A DNA stretch of 63,610 nt, counting the filler, from Basidiobolus ranarum (lineage: Eukaryota), in the NCBI GenBank assembly GCA_040143965.1. It is 7 parts of 7 records of this genome, joined end to end, with 100 filler letters (N's around TTAATTAATTAA, not from the genome) between each part and the next. Parts side by side here need not be neighbours in the genome. Positions count along the whole stretch, not along the records: positions 45,536 to 54,524 come from JASJQH010007765.1; positions 54,625 to 63,610 come from JASJQH010007766.1; 5 more parts are not named here. One strand, written 5' to 3'. Below are positions 52,300-63,610 of this stretch, piece by piece. The notes beneath the pieces are model-generated. The model did no database searches. It saw nothing but the letters and a program-made list of their open reading frames with translations, and was not told the DNA's origin. The translations under genes and the position numbers were made by a program. Position 1 is the first letter of the stretch; each line of letters opens with the position of its first letter.

Positions 52300-54524
52300 A
52301 GTGGAAAAGATGGTGAACATAGAGGGAGAAAGGTAGGAATCATCATACAAATAACGGGACACAAGCTGGGAATAACATAACTTTGAAATGGAGGTTTAGA
52401 AGCCAGCTATTGGTTCTAAAGAGTATACTGAACATCCATAGCCACTAGATCAAGCCCTTCTGCTTCATGCATTTGCAAAACCAAATCATGTACTTGAGGA
52501 TCACTTGGCTTTTTTTGCAACAGTATAGCCAACTTGTGGAATGTGTAGAGAGTCACTGTTCTATCAATACATATCCGTTGTCATCAGGGTTGAGAAACTA
52601 TGTTTTTTATAATTTCATCACTTCGATATGATATAAAAAGAACTCAAAGACTCCATTCTGAACAACAGTATATTGATTACGGGCAGGTCAGGCATGGGTA
52701 GCCTTAGGCTAAAGCTGGTAGATATATGAAGCCAACAATAATCTCTCCAAGTTGAAGGAAGCGGATATATGCCAATTTCCTGAGTAAGTCACATAAATTG
52801 CTGAATAAACCTTTGGCAGTTGAGAAAAATGTATAAAGAGGAGTAACTTGTGTATGGCCTGTGCGGCAAGGATGCTTCTTGTTTCAAGTTGCCTTTTCAC
52901 GTTAGTAACAGCCTGGATGAAGAGAAAGTCCATATTTGTTGCATAATTAATAAGATACAACTCAGTCTCATAGAGAGACATACTAAGCGTATAGTACTTG
53001 TAGATTAAGGATAAGAAATAAGAGAAGTGGATATGAGAGAGGCAATCGCCAGAATCCTAGAACTTTTCAAACAAGAGATATGGTTGCTTTTAACACTTTC
53101 AAAGTAAATTTCCAACAGGTATATATATGTATATTGTCATTTAGCAATATTTCTTGTAGACAATAATGTTCATAAGCTCTTTTATCAACTCTTCGACAAT
53201 TAATCTTTATTCAACATCTTCGTTAACTTTAGTTACAATGCATATATCAGAAACAAGAAAGCGTAGTAGTGCTTGAGAAACCATCTTGTAAAGTAATCAA
53301 TGCTTGCTCATGTGCTTTTTTGAAAGATGAGGGTAATTTAAGGCTATTGCTTAATGAATCAAGTAGTGCTCCAAAAGTAGATATAAGTGGTGTACACTTC
53401 TTAAGGCAGTAAAATTCTTCAAGTTAGAGTTAAAGTACTCTAGAAGTAATAGATTCAGGCCATATCATAACAGTGTCTAAATTGAAAAGGCTTAATTAGG
53501 GCTTAGTAAGAGTGACAATAAAATCATACATATTAATGTAACACATAGCAAAGCTGCATTTGTCACCAATTACGGTGAGTCCCGCGGAGGTAGAAGAGTT
53601 GAAAATGTTAACAGCATGGGTAGCATGATTGGCACAATAAGTTGAGAAAATCATTAAAGCATTAATTATTAATGAAGCATAGGTAGCCTCTCAGAGAAAA
53701 GTTGACATAACTAGTTGAAAATTGCCAGCCAGTGACTTGAGTATAAATGGTACTATTCGAAACATCCATTGTATATTTATCCCCTGCAATGAGTGCTGAT
53801 CAAATTGAGAGATTCAAAGCTGGGTCCATGTTAAATAGAATTGGCCATTTATGAGCTAACAGTTTAGGAAATGCCACCGAGTCCATATCTGTATTCTACC
53901 ACAATATTGTAGAACTTAATCCTTCTTACTCTGCACGCATCGAATCCTAGATGCTATTTAGATACTATGAAAGCTAGGCAGAATAAATCCTGTATGCATC
54001 ACAATTGGCTAGCTTCAGTATAATAGAAGCCATTTCACAGTGGGATGGGAGTTTGATTGGATTAGAATCAGTAAAAGGTGTAGCTGCATTTGTTTAGGTG
54101 ATATCCCAAACTCAACTTCCAATAAAATATTATGGATGTAGGTGTGGGTGATGGCAATTACCATTTCCCAAGAATAAAACATAGTCTACAGGCCTAAAAG
54201 GGGATCCCAAGTTCAGCATATGTTCAGGAAACTAATGTTAGCACGAGTATCCACAATATATTTACATTTGCCATACCATACATGCCGTTCACAATGCAGA
54301 TCAATCTGCGTATAGATAGCGTTGCATTACTGATACAAATAGAGTCTAATGGCGACGGTAGGAATATTCAACATCTAGAGTTACCTTAAAGCTCTTTGAC
54401 CTTTCTACCTCTGACCGAAGCGGAGCCAATGCGATGAGATACTCCTCCAAGAGTCACTTGCAAAGTTATAAGCTGTTGGTATAATGAGAGTGTCTCGTGT
54501 TCGAAATAAGTGACAATATCGTTG
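52300..54524 (-). pseudogene. Decayed integral-membrane protein gene, possibly aromatic-acid-exporter/FUSC (Bre4-like)
   Basis: Protein-like hydrophobic fragments (FRIVPFILKSLAGNFQLVMSTFL*EATYASLIINALMIF; YISTSFSLRLPMPDLP) broken by many stops and frameshifts. The family call is tentative. Confidence 0.35.
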
Positions 54525-54624
54525 NNNNNNNNNNNNNNNNNNNNNNNNNNNNNNNNNNNNNNNNNNNNTTAATTAATTAANNNNNNNNNNNNNNNNNNNN
54601 NNNNNNNNNNNNNNNNNNNNNNNN

Positions 54625-57554
54625 AGATGGGAGCAGAGGACTTCTTAGATTCATTATTTGACCTGGTAGATGATGCTGGGGATGAACAAGTTTGCGGTAA
54701 CATATTTGCCGATATTTCGGAAGGAAACTCCGATGTAGGTGGCAGTGCTCCACCGAACGAGGAAAGCGCTATCAACATATCGGTAGGAATTGTTTGAGCA
54801 AACCCACGATTAACATCATTACTTATGGTTGCCTGAGGTTTATCTTTCACCTTAGGTGCCTCAGTTATTTTGTCGATAAGGCTATCTACAGATTGAATAT
54901 TTGGTGTGGATTTTTGGGTAGAGTCATCTTCCTGATCGTCTTTTTTTCCAGAAACACCCGGTGAGTTAGCAGATTGAGCAGACGTCACTTCGATGTTGGT
55001 ATTCTTTTCGGATGTTGTAGGCAAGAAAGCTTTAGGGTGTGCTGGTTCAATTCTCTCTACTGAAGAAACTTGGGCATCAGGGCGAGGGATATTTAAAGCA
55101 ATACTATCAGATGGAGAACTCTCCTCTGGGGTACCGGATTCTTTTACCGTTGCTGAAGGTTTCGAGTCACTTACAACTACAGAGCCACCAATGTCAATTA
55201 CTTCTTCCAAGATGAGGGGATCTTCAGTATTGCTACTCACAGATATTTGAGTGCTTTCTGCAAATTCAATTCAATCATTTTAGTCAATATGAAGTGGAGA
55301 ATAATTGTTTTAATATAGAACGAACCTGGCTGAGCTGACTTGTCCAGTATCTTCCCATCATCAGTAGCTTTACCTTTGTCCTGATCACAAATATTGATGG
55401 ATTGGAAAACAGGGGAATCAGGTTTTTTGAAACTTTCCAATGAATCATGTTTGGCGGCTATTGTTTGTGCGTTCATTTGCTTAATTAAGGCGGTGGTTTC
55501 TAAAGTCTGTACGACAGTTTTTCTAAGGGGTGGAAGAGTAGGAGACATGGGAGACGGTAGATTTTTTAATAAAAGAAAATCCTGTGATGATTGAGATGGA
55601 GGAGTCGTTCTCGATTGCTTAAAAGAAGAACTTTTCTTTCGTGGTTGTAGCTCGGGAGATTTGGCTGTCGGCGACTCTTCTCGGTCGACAGTAACTGTCG
55701 GTGATTCAGTCGTAGGGATAGGTTCAAGAATAACTGGAATATTGCTGTCTGAGCTTTTTTTCACTTTTTTGGAGGTAGAAGAGTCGGTGGATTTTTTTCG
55801 TTTTTTAGTAGGCTTTACTACAGGAGGGACTTTGTCGGTGACACTGGACTCTGAGTGAATAACATCATCGACTGAATCAATTTGTGAATCCATCCAAGAA
55901 GTTGGAGTCTTCATACTCATAGGAACTACGGGAGGTTGTTGGTCGGTTTGATTCTGATTTGAATCTACGAGTACATAACTACTGGTTCGTAAATTACGAA
56001 TAGTGGCCTTAAGGTCAGCAATTTCAATTTGTTGTTCAGTAAAAACATCCTGCAAAACACGCTTCGCTTTTTCGAGCTTATCTATTTCTCCTTGCAATTG
56101 AGCAACAATCGATGAATCAATAGTCATAGTAGGTTGTTTGACAGCATTGAGGTCTGATTGTTTTTTAGCCGTCTTCAACTCATTGATCGTATGTTCCTGC
56201 TTGGTTAACAATGATTTGGCAGCATGAAGCTTTTTCTTGAAGCCATCAGCCTCTGCTTGGTATCTGCTACTTTGTGCTTCAAGTTTATGCTCCAACTCAA
56301 CTTGGAGTTTGCGTGAGGATTCATGAAGCTCTTTAATCACATTTTCTTGATTTTTAAAGCTGGTTTCCAAATCATAGTATTTCTGGTCTGAAAGCACCTT
56401 CTGCTCCTTCAATCTCTCCACTTCAGACTTCAAATCTGTAATCTCTTCTTTCATTACTGTAGTCTTTGAATCAGCTTCATCATCACTAACGTTGTCAATT
56501 TGCTCTCGTAATAATTCATTTTCCAATTTCAGCTCATTAATAAGATCTTCTCTAGAAAAAGTGATTTATAAATCATCAGAATAGACGGAATATAGCGATA
56601 AAGACATTCCAATCAGGGAATACAAACTTACTTGGCATCTAATTCGGCTTTCAAGTTCTCAACTTCTGGATTTTGCTTATCATTATCCTTAGACTTAGTT
56701 TCCAGTGATTGCTTTTCTTTTTCGAGATGCTTGACGCGAGTTTTAAGTTGTTCACATGCTGCCTTCTCACTTTTTACTTGCGTTTCTCTAAAGAAAAGAT
56801 GAAAATACTTGTAAACAGCATTGAACCAAAATTGAATAGAACCTCTCAGAAATTAATTATACAACGGGAAAATATATACCTTGAATCCAGGTCCTTGCTC
56901 AACTTCAGGATTTGCTTTTTTTGGTCTTCTACTAAGCTTCGAAAAGGCTCCAATTCCTCTAGTTGGTATTGAAGTTGGTTTTTCAAAAGCTATAATTGAA
57001 AGGAGAGAGGAGAGGGGAAAAGAAGTGACAATAGAGTTTAATCGAAAAGGTTTATTTGTTAAAGAAATGCCTTTCTTGATCGTAAATATGTGCTTATAAG
57101 ATACCTCTAAAGACGCAAATTTCGATTTCAGTTTCTCTAACTCCTGGCGTAAGGATGTGGTGGCTTCATCTTTCTCCGAAAAAGAATTCTCGTACTTCTT
57201 GAGTGTATCATTTAAACGCGCTATCTCGTCCTTATAAACTACATCCTGATGTACCGATCTCAAACTGGAATTTTTTGCTTCCTGCAACTCCTCTTGTAAC
57301 TTTTTTATAGTCTCTTTCGCCTTTTTGTTTTCTGAATAATAGGATTGAGAAAATCAAATGGTTTAGTCAACGAAAACGCTTGGAGCAAAATATGGCTTCT
57401 GAAAGTAATCATCAGCCAGAAAAAACCAAATACCTTCTTCTTTCACATCGAATATTTTCAATAACTTATTAGTGTTGATTATTCGCTCTTTGATCGCCTG
57501 TATATTCTCCTCGGTTGAGATAGCCTTTGGTTTACTCTTCTCCTCGTTAGACAT
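54625..57554 (-). CDS. Long coiled-coil and Ser/Thr/Pro-rich disordered protein (possibly ICE1-like), 3' end cut by the contig edge
   Basis: ORF segments of 429 and about 205 aa are joined in frame by a GT-AG intron (CCAG|GTTCGT...TTGCAG|AAAGC). Heptad-rich N-terminal half and NLS-like KPTKKRKK. Confidence 0.75.
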
Positions 57555-58148
57555 GCTGACATGAAGAAGATTCACGATTATATGGAAATCAATAAAGAAT
57601 GCTTCTTATTTGCTTTCTTGGCACTTATAAGAAAAAATAATCGTAGAAAAATTTAAAACGTTATTACTGAAGGAGTGGTACTTTGTATATTCTTGCATCA
57701 TATACATTTTTAAATATATATCTGAAAATTCCACATCACGTTGGATGGGTGAACTTTTTTTTCGCAGTCCGATATACTTTTCAATTATCACTTAATTATA
57801 ATTATACAATTGTTGGAAAAGAATTTGTTCGATTTCAATTGGAATTTGGATTTAGTAACACATCTACGGCTAAGCTGTGATATCAGTAGATCATGTCAAA
57901 CAAATGTTGGTGTAATTCTAACTTCAAATGAATAATTTAAACCGGCAAAGATAGGATATAAAGGATGAGTACATAAATATATAAGAATTGTTTATGCATC
58001 AAATAGCAGCTGTTTATTTCCGAGATAAAAATCGCTGCGATGAACTGTTATTTCTGTGTCTATGAAACAAAGAAATCCATGGTTATGAAAGAAGAGTACA
58101 TTGTTGTGGTTTAAATAGTTTCCTATCATTTGGATAAGGATATGATAT

Positions 58149-58662
58149 CTAGAAATACTTCTTCGAAAAGAAAGCCTCAAAAGGTGTTTTTTGTTCTATG
58201 GCGGAAGAATAGTCAGGCATACTATACAATACAATGTTCATATTACTAGGTGGAATTTTAAAGTTGGAATGATAGCTTGCCTTACCTGGAGAAGCCGCGA
58301 GATGCTTGTTTCAAGAAACGACCATTGAGCTTTCTAGCCGTTTTGGAATTAGTCCGTGTACGTTGACCATGAACAGGCAAGCCTAATGCGTGCCTTTTAC
58401 CAACATAGGAGTTGATTTGACGAAGATGCAAGACGTTGTTCTTTATCTGTCTTCTCAGGTCACTTTCGATAGTCATGTCAGTGAGAAGACCACTGAGTTG
58501 ATTAATCTGGGTGTCAGTGAGTTCATTCAGTTTGCATTCCTTGTGGATGCTTAATTTGTTGCATAGGTTTTCAGCAGTCGTATGCCCAATACCATAAAAA
58601 TATGTAAGAGCTATGCGTACAACTTTCTTGTCAGGCAAATTCACACCGAGGAGATGAAGCAT
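58149..58662 (-). CDS. SWS2: Mitochondrial ribosomal protein uS13, 2 exons
   Basis: ALTYFYGIG and SYVGKRHALGLPVHGQRTRTNSKTA are S13 signatures. Intron 58222-58285. Confidence 0.92.
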
Positions 58663-59028
58663 GTTCTTTTTAAAATTCTAAAGCCTAGGCCGAGGTAAAC
58701 TGTCTGGTCCAATTCAACTCTACAGCTGAAATCTTTCAATATATTGAGCATGTATTCTCCATGCTTGCCAAAATATTTACTTACCCCACCCCACGCGATA
58801 AATTTTTTCTCCAAAAAATTCCGATTGAACATGTTCATATAATAAATATGGCGATCAAATTGATCTACCGTTACGTGAATTACCAGTATACTCGTTTTGG
58901 GCATGCAGATATCATTTTTGTTCAGTATACAGCGAAATTAAATACCAGTCAAGATGATGAAATTATCAAGGTTGATTGACGAAATGCCTTTATTAGAGTG
59001 AGGATGCAAGATAAACGATGCTGAAAGT

Positions 59029-60330
<1,302 letters not shown>

Positions 60331-62289
60331 ATCTGTAAATGTGAAACAAGGGAAAGGAGTTCTTTAACTCCGAATGATTTACACAGCCATTTGTATTTTA
60401 AGATACACATTGAAATATTTATGTATTCATTACTATTGTATAGAATACGGATATCGAGGGTTTATAATCACCCATTTCCAATAATATCGAAAACGGGTTC
60501 GTAGCACCTCTTTAGGACATCATTATATCATGGAGAAATATTTTCGTGGTCTTTTAGGGTTAGTGTGTGGTTAACCAATCAAAGCGCTTGAGAAAGATTA
60601 TTTGAATAATAATTTGTCATTCTTTGAAGATACCATTATTGACTAGGGCTTCGTAATTTACTAATAGCGAGATATGAGTTCAGAATGGCCTATTTATCAG
60701 CTTCTGGAAATATAATGCAAACGATCGATCGATATTAGCCAGGTTTGTAAGTAGATTCATCTTCGAAAAATCACCACATTTGAAACGCTTTATCATATAT
60801 TTCACATCATGCTATGCTTGCTTTACCCTAGCGTCTCCAGGTTCTTTTCAATTATTTAAGAATATTACCTCTAACCTTTGTTGGAGCTTACTTTTCTAGA
60901 ACGTTAGTTTCACTCCATATTTACCAAATTAACCTTGCTGAAATACAACCATGGAGTGTCTAAAGTGGTTTATTCCACTATTTCTTCTGCCGCAACCTAG
61001 CGCATCACCTTTCTTTATATACCTATTCTTGTTCTCTTACATGCTGCACAGTAAGCCTTGCATTTATTGTACGATCTTACTGATAGCCTTACTCGGTTCT
61101 ACCTGTTATTGGGGAACCGATCACTGCTGGGTTGATACCAATTATATGGATATTTTCTCACCTCGAAACATCTCAGTGCTAACTCCGCTATCGCATCATA
61201 GAGAAGAGTAGATATACAACGATGAATACATTGTATCAATATTTTTGCTTTTCTTTCAATCAGTTAGAAATCTCCATATAGTCCCACTTCAAAACACTAA
61301 CTCCTCTTAGCTATGTACATCAAGAAGTCAAAAAGTTAAACCATCACGGCCTCGTCTAAAGCCTATATTTGAACAGAGCCTTGGTTTATATCATGTTCTG
61401 TGAGAAAATTTTTATTTTACTTTTTGTCAATAAGTTTACCTAGGTTCAGTTTAGTGGTTACACTTACTCCTTACTTCCTCTCTAACAGCTTTTCCTTCAA
61501 CACTATCTTTCTTTCACACGTATATTAAATTTTTGTTGTTTCCCTTACTTTTCGTCTAGATCGTTGAGCATATAAACGTTTGAAAATCATGAGACCTGGG
61601 AAAATGAGCCAAGTAGAATAGGCTACTTGATTCTAACTATTGAAATGTTTCTAATACTTTTATTATACATGGTTGGCAAGTATCAAGTAGTACCTTGTCT
61701 TACATGGTCACCTAGTCAACAATAGTCACTGACATTTGGAATACCACGTTCATGCGGATAGGTACATATATTGACTGAAATGGCTTCTGTATATACAAAA
61801 ATCGTTAGGCACTATACAAAGTTTATTTATCCATATAGTTACTTGTTTAGGACCGAGTAATAATTATGACTGATCTAGATTTTCATTTGATTTTATCATT
61901 ACTTGAGCACATGTTGGTCCAGACTGATGATCTGGCTAGAGACACGTCAAAAAGTTCTAGAAATTCATGCATGCTTGATATAATGATCATTTTAACGGTA
62001 TAAACACTATACCTTTCCTTTGTCTAGTACCATTCTTTCAATCGCCCTATCACTCCAGTTGGTAAAGTGTCAAGGATCAATAAAGTGAATTGAACCATGC
62101 TAGAATTTCATTAATTTTGATACTTGAGCATTCTATGCACATCTTGTGTGTTTATATTGTCTGGAATACTTTCAGTATCTGCTTGATACCTACAAGTACA
62201 ACTTGTATACCAACTAGAAGGCAACAAGTACAGACAATTGGTACAATTCCAAATTTAGATTGCAACAATTGTTGAAAATGACACAGCTT

Positions 62290-63060
62290 AAGCATCTACA
62301 TAGTCATATAGCTAGCTACCTAAATTTCACTATGTTATTCAATAACTTCACTCGGAATTTACTTGAAATATTTTTACCAACTTGGAAGTTCTCAGATTAT
62401 ATGATTTTCTCATACTTGTCCAAAAGACCCCAAACTTTGTACACATTCCTGAACATATTCTACACGTTAGTCTATCTACCTCTTGACAAAAGTATAAAGT
62501 CAACTCAATAAGTCAGTAAGTGAAAACCATCAATTCTTTCTAGTTCTCTAAGCCACTTCCAACAACTCCCAAAATACTTCAACAACAATCGCCTGGTTTA
62601 TAGGCAAATGGTAATTGATATGTCTTACTGTATATTTGACTATCTGCGAGATAGATTGAACAATCTTTGTGAATGAATTCAGCGTATGACTATGTATCAG
62701 TCTTGTTGGGTTAGCAGTCACACACCATCCATTCTATTGTAAATATTGAAAGTGTTTAGGATGACTAGAAGAAACATATTGTTTATTGAGTTGAAAGCAA
62801 GTAGTTAAACATATCTCAAAAAATAAAAGTGTTGTGTTGCCAGGAAAGTGGCGGAAAAAGTTTGAGGAGTTTTGGACAAGGTTGATAAATTTATCTTCTG
62901 AGATATATCAATTACAATTTTGACTCCGATATTCAGTAAATGAACATCAGGCATTCTAAACATAATCTATGAATATTTAGGTGTTTAACTCTAAGATTTC
63001 CACACATTCAATACCCTAGACATTCTAGCCAACATTTCTCTACACATGCCTAGTTGCTAA
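62290..63060. repeat. Cluster of the dispersed repeat family, including an inverted copy (foldback/MITE-like)
   Basis: 62290-62590 matches 8300-8630. About 62740-62915 is a diverged reverse complement (ttttggacaag versus cttgtccaaaa; ttattgagttga versus tcaactcaataa). Confidence 0.65.
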
Positions 63061-63610
63061 ATGTTGTTGTTTTTGAGCAAGTCAACCAGTATTACTGTTA
63101 TTACGATCGCTACCTAACCAGTTGAAGTCTATGCAATGAATTCGGAATTTATTATGCACAAGTATGGTCAAATGAAGATCATACCAGTTCTCTAGAGTTC
63201 TATAGAAATAATCAAACCCGATTTCTAGAAAGGGATTGCTGGATGCCAGTTGAGTGATGATTAAAGTGTTGGTAGATAATAAGTTGCATGATGAATAATT
63301 GATGATGATTGACGGAAAATAAATTAATGAATATGTAATGGCAGAAGTTTTCTAGTTCAGTTTGAAAATTTCATCAATAATATGCGCGAGTTAAAACCCT
63401 CCTTTTTGGCGTAGTGTTGCCCCTTTGATTTTAATCCAAATCATGGCAGTAAAACTGACTATATTCAACGCGGACAAGAAAATTGAAAGGTATGCTAAAC
63501 CCATTGATTGGATTAATGGCTCAGCGGTGATGGATAATATGGCTGCAATAGTCATTCTAACCAGATTGGCTGCTGCAGTGACACTGGCGCCTCGGTTGGG
63601 TATAGCATCT

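Noticed and set aside
52300-57554. Joining the minus-strand sequences on both sides of the 54525-54624 spacer into one gene
   Set aside because: They are different contigs placed together only by size. One is an intact coiled-coil gene and the other is decayed and hydrophobic.

Overview
Eukaryotic DNA from a fungus: it has a Zn2Cys6 factor, a White-collar-2 gene and short GT-AG introns (about 50-75 bp where I mapped them). Gene content suggests an early-diverging lineage such as Basidiobolus, but that is inference only. The window is not one locus. It is seven contigs of steadily decreasing length (9016, 9014, 9010, 8999, 8996, 8989, 8986 bp) joined by artificial 100-bp N44-TTAATTAATTAA-N44 spacers, so neighbourhood across spacers carries no meaning. 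Contig 1: secreted Thr/Ser-rich protein, cAMP-receptor-like GPCR, a tandem pair of paralogous microproteins and a Copia remnant. Contig 2: 3' end of SAM decarboxylase and three tandem secreted PL14 polysaccharide lyases. Contig 3: Zn2Cys6 fragment, MUP1-like permease, WC-2. Contig 4: Raptor fragment, APC2, BDP1, TMEM164. Contig 5: almost CpG-free transposon graveyard (CACTA, Copia, possible KDZ, long inverted and direct repeats). Contig 6: intact animal-type STEAP metalloreductase and a decayed membrane-protein gene. Contig 7: long coiled-coil protein with ICE1-like motifs, mitochondrial S13 and a UMP-CMP kinase with a possible dual-targeting intron switch. The strongest leads are the fungal STEAP, the microprotein pair, the PL14 cluster and the ICE1-like protein. 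All family assignments come from motif recognition; no database search was run.
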